DNA of 64,000 nucleotides from an uncultured Gammaproteobacteria bacterium (GCA_964641255.1 CAZXMM010000001.1:15757-79756); one strand, 5' to 3'. Positions 19,389 through 27,737 are shown, counted from the first letter of the stretch. Numbers and translations are program-made. The notes: generated by a model from the letters alone, not told the origin.

Positions 19389-19430
19389 AAATTCCTGATT
19401 TCTTCCATTCCCCGCAACACAAAAATACTT
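19389..19430 (+). repeat. conserved 3'-cassette motif copy 1 (AAATTCCTGATTTCTTCCATTCCCCGCAACAC + A-run)
   Basis: One of four related copies, each 0-40 nt after a stop codon. Confidence 0.6.
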
Positions 19431-19438
19431 GGAGCATA

Positions 19439-19467
19439 AAGACGGTCCGTCTTCGTTTCTTCTTCTT
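19439..19467 (+). terminator. intrinsic terminator (GACGG-tc-CGTC plus T-rich tract)
   Basis: Hairpin followed by TTCGTTTCTTCTTCTT. A TGnTACAAT -10-like box follows at 19470-19478. Confidence 0.45.
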
Positions 19468-19484
19468 AATGCTACAATAGTAAC

Positions 19485-20141
19485 GTGCATACAAGAAAAG
19501 GGAATAGCTTAACTGTTATTCTGTTGGCAATTGCCATATCTTCAGTGGGAATAGTAAGCTACTTTTACTGGAAATCAGAAAATGTCCCCCCCGTCATTCA
19601 AATTCAAGAAAAAATAGTAAATCAAGACAACCCTTCGCAGAATAAATTATCAGAAAACTGGAAATTTCATTTTGACAACCGTCTTGCTTTCCAAGTTAAG
19701 ATTCCTCAAGATGCAGAAACTCAAGTTGTGCCCGCTGGCTTTGACAATGAGATGGGATTTGGTCCCGAGGGAATTTCCAGAATGGAATTCTCCAACAAAG
19801 ACTTTCTAATAAAGGTAGAACCCTCCACAAACAGGAGAAACGACCAAACTTTACAACAACTTGGTGAAACAAGAGAATTTAATGGCCTACCAGGTACTTC
19901 TCACCCAAGTCCTTGTTCAAAAGGTGCAGAGAAAGAAGAAATCCAGTTGCGCAGTGGAACTAAAGCATTTCTATGTGATAGCGTTCTTCCAAGCGGGCGA
20001 AAGTTTGGTATGGCCGCCACGATTTTAGGCAAAAAGTATTTTTACAACATAACAACAGGTAGTATTTATTCTCCAAACTTCACTGATAAAGAACAGGAAA
20101 TTTTTATGGAATTTCTTAACACCTTTCAGCCCACTGATTAG
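19485..20141 (+). CDS. hypothetical signal-anchored secreted protein (218 aa)
   Basis: GTG start at 19485. N-terminal TM helix LTVILLAIAISSVGIVSYFYW. Followed by motif copy 2. Confidence 0.45.
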   Translation: MHTRKGNSLTVILLAIAISSVGIVSYFYWKSENVPPVIQIQEKIVNQDNPSQNKLSENWKFHFDNRLAFQVKIPQDAETQVVPAGFDNEMGFGPEGISRMEFSNKDFLIKVEPSTNRRNDQTLQQLGETREFNGLPGTSHPSPCSKGAEKEEIQLRSGTKAFLCDSVLPSGRKFGMAATILGKKYFYNITTGSIYSPNFTDKEQEIFMEFLNTFQPTD

Positions 20142-20158
20142 TATGAGAGTTTTAGAAA

Positions 20159-20193
20159 CCAATTTCTGATTTCTTCCACTCCCCGCAACAAGG
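20159..20193 (+). repeat. conserved 3'-cassette motif copy 2 (CCAATTTCTGATTTCTTCCACTCCCCGCAACAAGG)
   Basis: Differs from copy 1 by a few substitutions. Confidence 0.6.
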
Positions 20194-20201
20194 AAATTCA
20201 A

Positions 20202-20229
20202 GCCGTATCAACGGCCTGTTTTATTTTTT
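20202..20229 (+). terminator. intrinsic terminator (GCCGT-atca-ACGGC plus TTTTATTTTTT)
   Basis: Hairpin and U-run seen directly. Confidence 0.55.
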
Positions 20230-20251
20230 CTGCCATGATACTATTATTTAC

Positions 20252-20497
20252 ATGAGTCTCTTTAAGAAAATCCTCCGTGTCATTACCATAGTGGTAGTAG
20301 CGTTTCTGCTAATAGGAGTTGCTTATTGGGGATTTAAAAGTGTTTTAGCAAGAGTTGCCCCAGAAAATAGCTTGGTTGATTGTCACTATTTTGATAATGA
20401 CTATGATGCGTGTAGTAAGCGACCAGACTGTTTACCAATCACAATTGGGGGAATTGGTAGCAGCCCAGCAGTTCATAGTTGTCAAACAAAGAAATAA
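20252..20497 (+). CDS. hypothetical small signal-anchored Cys-rich protein (81 aa)
   Basis: N-terminal TM helix. Four Cys in the C-terminal 35 aa (CHYFDNDYDACSKRPDC...HSC). Confidence 0.4.
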   Translation: MSLFKKILRVITIVVVAFLLIGVAYWGFKSVLARVAPENSLVDCHYFDNDYDACSKRPDCLPITIGGIGSSPAVHSCQTKK

Positions 20498-20537
20498 TTT
20501 CTGATTTCTTTCACTTTTCGCAACCAAAAAATCAGGA
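20494..20537 (+). repeat. conserved 3'-cassette motif copy 3 (AATAATTTCTGATTTCTTTCACTTTTCGCAACCAAAAAATCAGG)
   Basis: Overlaps the stop codon. CTGATTT...AAATCAG forms a 7-bp stem around the conserved loop. Confidence 0.6.
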
Positions 20538-20653
20538 GCGTGTAAACAGTCCGTTCGGTTATCCAAGATTATTGCTTCACATTTGTTTATTTCTAAACAA
20601 ACCTCGGACCAAACATTTGATACAATTGTGTTAGATAGTCTTGCGCTAAATAC

Positions 20654-21007
20654 ATGAGAAATAAAAAACTTGCAATCACTACCATAATAGTGGGAGGAAT
20701 AGAAGGTTTACTTGCGCTCTTCCTTTCCTCTTCTTTCCTACCAAAAATCATGCAAGTATACGAAGATTTTGGTGTGAATATCCCAATAACTACCAGCCTT
20801 ACCCCCTATATTTTTATATCCCCCGCCTTATTAAGCCTGATTGTGGGGACCTTAATTTTGACTTCCAAAAACAATAGCAAACGCTACAATTCCTGGGCAA
20901 TAATAATCCTGATAGCAACTCTAATTTTTATTTTTCTGGGTTTGCCCCTACTCTTCTCTGTAGGGTTCCTTTTTCCCATGTTCAACTTAGTAAACGTCAT
21001 AGAATAA
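20654..21007 (+). CDS. hypothetical 3-4-TM membrane protein (117 aa)
   Basis: TGaTACAAT box about 30 nt upstream. Followed by motif copy 4. Confidence 0.4.
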   Translation: MRNKKLAITTIIVGGIEGLLALFLSSSFLPKIMQVYEDFGVNIPITTSLTPYIFISPALLSLIVGTLILTSKNNSKRYNSWAIIILIATLIFIFLGLPLLFSVGFLFPMFNLVNVIE

Positions 21008-21045
21008 GTTCCCAAAGCATGAGAAATTCACTGCGAAAATCTACA

Positions 21046-21090
21046 ATAATTTCTGATTTTTTCTATTCCCGCAACCAAAAAAAAGGGGGG
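21046..21090 (+). repeat. conserved 3'-cassette motif copy 4 (AATAATTTCTGATTTTTTCTATTCCCGCAACCAAAAAAAAGGGGGG)
   Basis: Preceded by ATGAGAAAT at 21019-21028, a 10-mer also found at 20653-20662 around the 20654 start. May mark a truncated cassette. Confidence 0.55.
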
Positions 21091-21098
21091 CGACTTCT

Positions 21099-22721
21099 CT
21101 ATTCACACACTAAGTTTTTAGCATCAGCCTCTCCCAGATAAGCCATTATCTTGCCGTCACTTTGTAACACAGTATCAGTCACTTTAAGGCAGGGATACTT
21201 TTCGTCAACATCCCAAACATAAAGAGTTCCCACTTGGAGCTGACGCTCATCGATGTGGTCGAATCGGTAGGTCTCAAGAAGGTTGCCTCCAAAAGCATGA
21301 GCTCCATTCCGGGTTCCTCCTGAGGCCAAATATTTTTCCGGAGAATAGGCCGTATAAAAAAGTGTGTAAATGAGTGGTTCGTTAAGTCCCGGAGACACAA
21401 CCACAAAAGAATAGTTAGTCTTTTCTTGCTCCATTTTTTGCACTAGCTCTTTCATCCCGCTCCCCCAGATTTTGACTGCCGTAGTCGGTCCATGGAAAAA
21501 ATAGTTGTGGATGTACCAAAAACAACTAAGAACTAGTATCCCCCAAATAAGTACCCCTCCCCACTGTCTATAGCGCCAAGACTGTTGACACCACGAAAGG
21601 CACACCAAAACTCCGTAGCCGGCAAAGACTACTAAAGGAAAAGCCGCTAACAGAATGCGGCGATCAAAAACCGGTAGCGCGGTTAGGGCTCCAGGGATTA
21701 GGGCTACTACTAACCAGCCAAAAAGAAGCAAAAACTCTCTCTTTTGTCGACTCAAAGCAACTCCCCCGATGATGATCAGTGGGGCCATCCATAGATACAG
21801 CAATCTAACTTGGGGAATTTGATTATAAATACTTTGGCCAAAAAGGATGTCTGGACTTGATATTTTTAAAAATCCATTAATTACCGACTCGGCGGTAACA
21901 ATGCGCCGGTTGTGGAGTAGCCCTTGCAACAGATCGCCATTTTGTCGATCAAACTGCAGGGTAGCTAGTCCACTAAGCGCCGCCTGTTGATCAAAAAAAA
22001 TACTGACAGTGTAGGGTCGAGACGCCGCTTCATTTGTCCAAAGAGTTGAGAGTAAAAAGGGTAACGTACACACTGCCAATAAGCAGCTACTGATACTTAG
22101 GTGTTTCCAAAAAGCGAAACGCCAGACAAAAATGGTAAGAATGAGCCAGATGATTGGTACCCAAACTTTACTGGAATGGTAAGTGTAGAAATCCACTCCA
22201 AAAACGCCGGCCGCCAGAATAAAAAACAAGGGCTTTTTCCTCCCTAGTAAAAATAGCCAGACACCAAGAAGTGATAAGGAATAGGCCAGTCCAATTTCAA
22301 TTCCCACCCGAGAGTATTGCACTAGCCAAGGTAGAGCAGCCGTTAAAAAACCCACCAGCAGGGCCAGGCGTTTTCGTCTAAATAGTTCAAAACAAATACC
22401 TACACTTAAACCGATCGCAAGGACTCCAGCTAAAAGTGAAGGCAGTCTAACTGCCCACTCAGAAAGTCCCGCGACATAAACGAAAGGAATAAGGAGATAA
22501 ACGTAGATTGGATTTTTATAATCATCAAAAGAACGAAAGGCTAAGGGATAGGCTTGCCCAAACTCATCGCGACCGGTTTTTAAGAGCGAGTAAGCGTTGT
22601 AGCCTAGGGCCGCTTCGTCGGCACTGATACTGTTGGGTATCTTGGCTAAATTGTAGAGCCGCAGCAGTAAACCCAAAAAAAGAATCAATGAAAAAATTAT
22701 GGCGATAAGTCGATATTTCAT
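21099..22721 (-). CDS. GT39/ArnT-like membrane glycosyltransferase (GT-C fold)
   Basis: 540 aa and polytopic. First loop ADEAALGYNAYSLLKTGRDEFG is typical of the PMT/ArnT family. Confidence 0.75.
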   Translation of the reverse strand: MKYRLIAIIFSLILFLGLLLRLYNLAKIPNSISADEAALGYNAYSLLKTGRDEFGQAYPLAFRSFDDYKNPIYVYLLIPFVYVAGLSEWAVRLPSLLAGVLAIGLSVGICFELFRRKRLALLVGFLTAALPWLVQYSRVGIEIGLAYSLSLLGVWLFLLGRKKPLFFILAAGVFGVDFYTYHSSKVWVPIIWLILTIFVWRFAFWKHLSISSCLLAVCTLPFLLSTLWTNEAASRPYTVSIFFDQQAALSGLATLQFDRQNGDLLQGLLHNRRIVTAESVINGFLKISSPDILFGQSIYNQIPQVRLLYLWMAPLIIIGGVALSRQKREFLLLFGWLVVALIPGALTALPVFDRRILLAAFPLVVFAGYGVLVCLSWCQQSWRYRQWGGVLIWGILVLSCFWYIHNYFFHGPTTAVKIWGSGMKELVQKMEQEKTNYSFVVVSPGLNEPLIYTLFYTAYSPEKYLASGGTRNGAHAFGGNLLETYRFDHIDERQLQVGTLYVWDVDEKYPCLKVTDTVLQSDGKIMAYLGEADAKNLVCE

Positions 22722-22790
22722 CCTTTGAACTTATCGCAAATTATCTTTTTTTGCTACAATGAGGCACAAAGTAAGATTAGTCTGGAACAC

Positions 22791-22863
22791 GCCAGGGTAG
22801 CTCAGTGGTAGATGCGTGCGCTTCATAAGCGCAAGGTCGAGGGTCCGATCCCCTCCCCTGGTA
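22791..22863 (+). tRNA. tRNA-Met (anticodon CAU), somewhat degenerate
   Basis: Acceptor GCCAGGG/CCCTGGT with G1-U72 and A73. Anticodon stem TGCGC/GCGCA, loop TTCATAA. T-stem GAGGG/CCCTC. However, the D-stem has only 2 Watson-Crick pairs and the T-loop reads TCCGATC (C at position 55). Upstream promoter TTTGCTACAAT. Confidence 0.55.
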
Positions 22864-23205
22864 CTAAAAGAAAAGGTCTCGCCATTTTTGCCAGTTGGGC
22901 ACCATTGGTGGTGATACTTCCAAAGGAGGCAGCAAGAGCTCGTCAGGAACGATAATTATTTTTTCCCCTGCCCGAGCCAGCCCCAGTTCGTTTCTAGCTA
23001 CTAACTCCACGTAAGCCTCTGACCCTACCTGTTCCTTGCGTTTTATTAGTTCCTGCTGTTGTTTTTGGAGATTTGCCAACCGCTTCTGGCGCTCGATTAA
23101 TTTGTCCCCCGCGCTCCAAAAATCACCAAACGCCCGCACCGTAGTAAAGATCAGGTAAAACCCGATAACTATTACTACGATTCGTAAAATTCGGGACCGA
23201 TTCAT
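22864..23205 (-). CDS. FtsB/DivIC-like septum formation initiator
   Basis: 113 aa. N-terminal TM then a coiled coil (LANLQKQQQELIKRKEQ) and an ELVARNELGLARAGE motif, as in the FtsB/DivIC family. Confidence 0.55.
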   Translation of the reverse strand: MNRSRILRIVVIVIGFYLIFTTVRAFGDFWSAGDKLIERQKRLANLQKQQQELIKRKEQVGSEAYVELVARNELGLARAGEKIIIVPDELLLPPLEVSPPMVPNWQKWRDLFF

Positions 23206-23267
23206 AGTTTTAGCCTCTTCTATGCTTGTGCTTCGTCCTTTCTGGTGGTATTATAGGTTGATAACTT

Positions 23268-24113
23268 ATGGACGATAGTCTTACTCAGTTTGTAGATTAC
23301 CTCAAATCCGCGAAAAAAGCTTCTGCCACCATTATCGCGTATAAAAAGGATATCGACCAGCTTCTCGACTTTGTCAAAAAGCAAGGGCGTAGTACGATTG
23401 GTTCCGTAACCACTGAGGATTTAAATAGCTTTCTAGGGGTACTTCAGGCACAAAATTATACCCCCAAGTCGGTATCTCGCAAGATCAATTCGATTAAGAC
23501 CTTTTACCGTTTTCTTAGCCAAAACAAGCTCATTACTAACAACGTCGCCGCAGCTATTAACCACCCGAAGTTTGACACCAAGGCTCCGCGGATTCTCTCG
23601 CGGCTCGAATACCGCGCCCTGCGTGATGCCTCCCGAGACGATAGTCGCATCGCGGCCATCATCGAGCTCCTACTGCAAACTGGAATGCGAATTGGGGAAT
23701 TAGCAGCCCTGCGAGTAGGCTCGATTGGTGATCACTTTTTAAAGATCCCGCCAGTTGAGGGTCACGCCGAACGTGACGTTCCTCTCAACAAATCCGCCAA
23801 ACTGGCCCTAGATCGCTACCTCGCCTTACGACCCAACGTCGACTCTAACGCTCTCTTTATCACTAAAACCGGCCGCCCATTGTTAATTAGAAACATTCGC
23901 ACTGCTATCGACCGCTACTTTAAACTAGCGGGCATTGCCGGAGCTAAGGTCAACGATCTTAGGCACACCTTTATTGCCCACCACCTGGCGGCAGGCACCT
24001 CCCCAGTGCTCATTAGTAAGTTGGTTGGACACAAAAGAATCAGTACTACTGAAAAATATCTTGAGTTTATCAAGGACCTCCCCACGGAAAAAATGAAGCT
24101 GGAAGAGCTTTAA
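23268..24113 (+). CDS. tyrosine site-specific recombinase, XerC/XerD family
   Basis: SAM-like N-terminal domain. Catalytic R (GMRIGEL), HxxR (LRHTF) and GHKRISTTEKY (His/Tyr). Confidence 0.75.
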   Translation: MDDSLTQFVDYLKSAKKASATIIAYKKDIDQLLDFVKKQGRSTIGSVTTEDLNSFLGVLQAQNYTPKSVSRKINSIKTFYRFLSQNKLITNNVAAAINHPKFDTKAPRILSRLEYRALRDASRDDSRIAAIIELLLQTGMRIGELAALRVGSIGDHFLKIPPVEGHAERDVPLNKSAKLALDRYLALRPNVDSNALFITKTGRPLLIRNIRTAIDRYFKLAGIAGAKVNDLRHTFIAHHLAAGTSPVLISKLVGHKRISTTEKYLEFIKDLPTEKMKLEEL

Positions 24114-25135
24114 CTAGATTGTCGCCGTTTTAGATTAAAAATATATCGTCCAACCACATACAATAGTACCCCAGCAACTACAAATCTCATAAGTTCTGAC
24201 GACCAAGCTTTATCCGCTTCCCGCCTCAACCAGTCCCCACCGGCTTTATAAGTAGCCTCTAAGCCCTTCAAGATCGCCGCTCCCCAGGGGTGCGACCGAA
24301 CACTATCAACTACCCCCGACTGAGATGCCTGACTCTCTCTAGCCTGGGGTGAAGGCGTAGAGCTTCTGGTCGCAGTCACCGTAGAAACCCGAGTAGAAGT
24401 CCTGGTCGGTCTATTAGGAACCTGGCTGGCTGCCTCGGCCCGAGCAGTGGCACCGATTCCCCTGGCTTCCTGCGTGGCTCTCCCACTTGCAGCGGTCTGA
24501 GTAGCTCTTATCCTAGCCACTTGTAGATCTATTACAGCACGGGCTAGCTCCCCCGAATCAGGACTAACCCCTTCTACCTTCCCAAAACAAAGCTTGTAGT
24601 CTCGTAGCGCTAAACTTCCAGCTACTTGTTCGGTAGCTCCCACTGAAGAGACTGTGTGGCTAGTCAGCAGCGAAGGACTAGGGTGTCTGCTATCACCCCA
24701 CCCTCGCGGCATCTCGAGATTGGTTATTTCCAACCACCCCTTAGGACCACCAGGAGGGAGGTTTGTCCTGTCAAGCCGTTGAGCATACTTTAAAACCACC
24801 CCAGGGTTAGTAATTACGAGGTTTCCCCGTCCATCAAGCTGGGTAGTTGACCCAACTAACATGAGGTGGCCACTAACAACTGTTCCATCAAGCCAGCGTG
24901 TGGCAGTACCCCGAGCAAAAACTCTGGGCACCCCTTGGACTAGCTCGGCTGATAGTGGTCGTTGACCGTCGCCCAATGTTCGTCCCGCTGGTCGCCCCCT
25001 GACGCACCGCTCTAGTGGAATAGTAGTGCCAGGGGCAGCTGACGAAGGGATTGGATTCGTTTCTTTTAAGGAAGGAGCCGGGGCACAACTAGCAAAAGCT
25101 AATAATATAGTAGTGCCAACTAACCCAGCCCTCAT
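24110..25135 (-). CDS. hypothetical lipoprotein with low-complexity Ser/Thr/Ala/Arg-rich region and anomalously high GC
   Basis: Lipobox LAFASC and C-terminal hydrophobic helix. About 60% GC counted in the 100-nt window 24361-24460, against about 45% elsewhere. Start taken at an internal Met. Confidence 0.4.
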   Translation of the reverse strand: MRAGLVGTTILLAFASCAPAPSLKETNPIPSSAAPGTTIPLERCVRGRPAGRTLGDGQRPLSAELVQGVPRVFARGTATRWLDGTVVSGHLMLVGSTTQLDGRGNLVITNPGVVLKYAQRLDRTNLPPGGPKGWLEITNLEMPRGWGDSRHPSPSLLTSHTVSSVGATEQVAGSLALRDYKLCFGKVEGVSPDSGELARAVIDLQVARIRATQTAASGRATQEARGIGATARAEAASQVPNRPTRTSTRVSTVTATRSSTPSPQARESQASQSGVVDSVRSHPWGAAILKGLEATYKAGGDWLRREADKAWSSELMRFVVAGVLLYVVGRYIFNLKRRQSS

Positions 25136-25279
25136 TACTTTTTTCAAGCGAAACTGTTCTGTATTTCTTCCCATTGGGGCCAGATTATACCGCCGGCACA
25201 ATATAAAGGCAAAATAAAACACGTGGCTAGCTGGGCAAATTTCGGTGACCAGGGAAATAAATTGCTATAATTTAGCATC

Positions 25280-25351
25280 AGGATCCGTCGTTCAACGGTT
25301 AGGACATGACTCTTATAAAGTCATTACAATGGTTCGACTCCATTCGGATCC
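25280..25351 (+). tRNA. tRNA-Ile (anticodon UAU)
   Basis: Clean cloverleaf: acceptor GGATCCG/CGGATCC plus A73, D-stem GTTC/GGAC, anticodon stem TGACT/AGTCA, loop CTTATAA (T34 A35 T36), T-arm AATGG-TTCGACT-CCATT. Extended -10 promoter TTGCTATAAT about 10 nt upstream. Confidence 0.7.
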
Positions 25352-25364
25352 ACTAGATTTGGGG

Positions 25365-27737
25365 CTAGAAAAGGTGGGACCGAGAGGCGATTTCTGCTTC
25401 CACCTCGCGGATGTCTCGAGCGTATTTGAGAGAAGACAACTCCTTAATCATCTCGGCCACCTTGGGGTTTCTCCCCTGATTGATTTTTTCAAAATCGTGA
25501 TTAATTTCTACACTAAAGACTGGTACCGGCTCGTTTTTAACGAGCGTTTTCATATAACCGTTGTAAGCTTCGACTTTCAGCAGGTCGGATTCGCTAAAGG
25601 TGGGAGAATATTCGTGGGCTAAGAACTGGGCGTCAGCTACCCCGACCCGAAAGGCAATCTTGGTGCCTACGTTACCAAAAATGGCATTTTTGACGTCCTC
25701 TTCGACCTGGGAAATGAACTGATTGGCTACTGTCAGAGCCAGTCCGTACTTGCGAGCCTCGGAGAGGATCACGGCGAAATCAGGAGTGGCAAAATTTTGA
25801 AACTCATCAACATACAGATAGAAAGGTATGCGTTCGGCTTCCGGGATGTCTTGCCGAGAGATAGCTGAGGCTAAAATTTTAGGTACCAACAGGTTGCCAA
25901 TAAAATTACTATTTTCTTCTCCAATTAACCCCTTGGCTAAATTGACAATAATGATCTTGCGCTCATCCATGGCCTTGCGGAAGTCAAAAGCGCTCTTTGA
26001 CTGACCAATAATATTGCGGATCATTTTATTGACCACGAAGCGGCTAAATTTGGAGACGATATAATCTAGGGTCTCAGACTTATGGAACTCAGTAGTAGAG
26101 GCAATTTGCTCGGTCCAAAACCGCTTTACCATCTGGTCACTCACTCTGGGGAGAAGTTCCTGCAGAAATGGCCCACCGGGATCTTGTAGTACGCGCATTA
26201 CTTCAATTAGAGTGCCCTCGGGCATTGCCTCCATGACCGTCAACATGGCATTGCGCACCGAATGTTCGAGACGGGGACCCACAATTCCGGTTTGGTGCGG
26301 GTCGTAGAGCTTATAAAGTAGACCGATAAAGCCCGAGACCACCATGTGACGCTGCATATCACTGTGAGCTTCCATGATATTCCAACCCATTGGTCGGTTT
26401 AAATTTGAGGGATCAAAATAGATTACATCCTCGGCCCGCTCGGGGGGAATCTGTTCCAGAATCTTTTCAAACGTATCGTGAGGATCAATGAAGCACACCC
26501 CTTTACCCTCCCGAATATCTTGCAGGATCATTTGGGACATAAGAAGCGACTTTCCAGTACCAGTGGCACCGATAATATACACGTGGCGCAACCGGTCGGG
26601 ATCAAGCAAATGGACTTCCCGCTCTTGACCCCGAAAAACAGACTTACCCACGAGTAACCCGCCATGATCAGGAACCTGTTGGGGAGCGGGCGCCCGTTTA
26701 GCATTGAGCCAAAAAATACCCGGGGTTTCAATTGATTTATTAGGAAAATGACAAATGGTGGCTAACTCCTCAGCCGATAAAATACTAGGGGTAGCAAATA
26801 ATGGTTGGTAGCGGTAAATAAAGTCGGTCATAAAGTTGTGGGCAATACGGATTTTGTCGCCCGAAAAACCGTTTTGATCCGAAGAAAATTGGGAGAATGA
26901 ACCCTTGAGATTATCTAGTATAGATTTGGCTTGAGCTTTATCGGCGGCACTGACTACAATCCGAATCGAGGTAGAAAAACCCACTTTACTCACTTTATTC
27001 TCAATCGCCTCTAATGTCTTGGCGTCCACGTTAAACTTGGCCTTTTCCGGATCGGCCTCGTTTTTCTTGGTTTTACTAATATACTTTCTTCCCTGACTGC
27101 GCCACTCATTGGGGGCCGGAGCGACAATAAACTGTACCACCGCTCCCTCTCCTTCACTCAGCTTGGCAAGACTGGAAGTGATCTGGGAAAGCGGATCCAC
27201 CGCTAAATCACGAAAGTTCTTAATTGGCATATAATTGGCGGCTTTAAGCTTCAAACTAGCGAAGGCGACCTCTCCTTTTTCCGAAAAAATTGAATGATCT
27301 TCGACTTCCAAAATAGCGGCGCCGTTAAAAGTGGAGTGAATTTGCTTTTCGATCAGATCGCGTTGTTTCTGGGGGACGGACACATAAAACCTGATGTCTC
27401 CGGGCCGACCCACTATCTCAAAAGAGATATGATCCTGAATTCGTAAAAAATCAAAATCAAACCAGCTCGACTTACCACGATAAATCGAATAAAGTGAGGA
27501 AAAAAATTGCTCCATGGCGTCGATCTTGACTTCATTGTCTCTGGGCACCGCTACCTGAAGCAGGACATAATCTAGGGCGTGTTCCTCCCGATTGCGCCAC
27601 TTATAAAACTGGAGGAATAGGTAACCTAACAAGCCCAAGGACACAACCACCAAAGTAATCGTCAGCAGTCCAATAGCTACAATGGCTGTCAGTTCTGGAA
27701 GTTGTAATAAAAAGACGTCAAGGGCAGCGAGATCCAT
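25365..27737 (-). CDS. VirB4/TraC/ConE-like (AAA_10/DUF87-type) membrane-associated P-loop ATPase
   Basis: 790 aa. N-terminal TM helices, Walker A IIGATGTGKS at about residue 395 followed by CFIDPHD, and Walker B YLYVDEFQNF. The architecture matches VirB4-type conjugation/T4SS ATPases. A HerA/FtsK-like ATPase is the alternative. Confidence 0.5.
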   Translation of the reverse strand: MDLAALDVFLLQLPELTAIVAIGLLTITLVVVSLGLLGYLFLQFYKWRNREEHALDYVLLQVAVPRDNEVKIDAMEQFFSSLYSIYRGKSSWFDFDFLRIQDHISFEIVGRPGDIRFYVSVPQKQRDLIEKQIHSTFNGAAILEVEDHSIFSEKGEVAFASLKLKAANYMPIKNFRDLAVDPLSQITSSLAKLSEGEGAVVQFIVAPAPNEWRSQGRKYISKTKKNEADPEKAKFNVDAKTLEAIENKVSKVGFSTSIRIVVSAADKAQAKSILDNLKGSFSQFSSDQNGFSGDKIRIAHNFMTDFIYRYQPLFATPSILSAEELATICHFPNKSIETPGIFWLNAKRAPAPQQVPDHGGLLVGKSVFRGQEREVHLLDPDRLRHVYIIGATGTGKSLLMSQMILQDIREGKGVCFIDPHDTFEKILEQIPPERAEDVIYFDPSNLNRPMGWNIMEAHSDMQRHMVVSGFIGLLYKLYDPHQTGIVGPRLEHSVRNAMLTVMEAMPEGTLIEVMRVLQDPGGPFLQELLPRVSDQMVKRFWTEQIASTTEFHKSETLDYIVSKFSRFVVNKMIRNIIGQSKSAFDFRKAMDERKIIIVNLAKGLIGEENSNFIGNLLVPKILASAISRQDIPEAERIPFYLYVDEFQNFATPDFAVILSEARKYGLALTVANQFISQVEEDVKNAIFGNVGTKIAFRVGVADAQFLAHEYSPTFSESDLLKVEAYNGYMKTLVKNEPVPVFSVEINHDFEKINQGRNPKVAEMIKELSSLKYARDIREVEAEIASRSHLF

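Noticed and set aside
19389-21090. Possible CRISPR array formed by the four repeats of about 35 nt
   Set aside because: The repeats are separated by 340-780 bp of protein-coding ORFs rather than 25-40-bp spacers, and the copies are imperfect. No cas genes are present.
19389-21090. Classical integron attC sites
   Set aside because: No RYYYAAC/GTTRRRY core pair at the expected positions. The nearby tyrosine recombinase (281 aa) lacks the IntI-specific insertion and is Xer-like.
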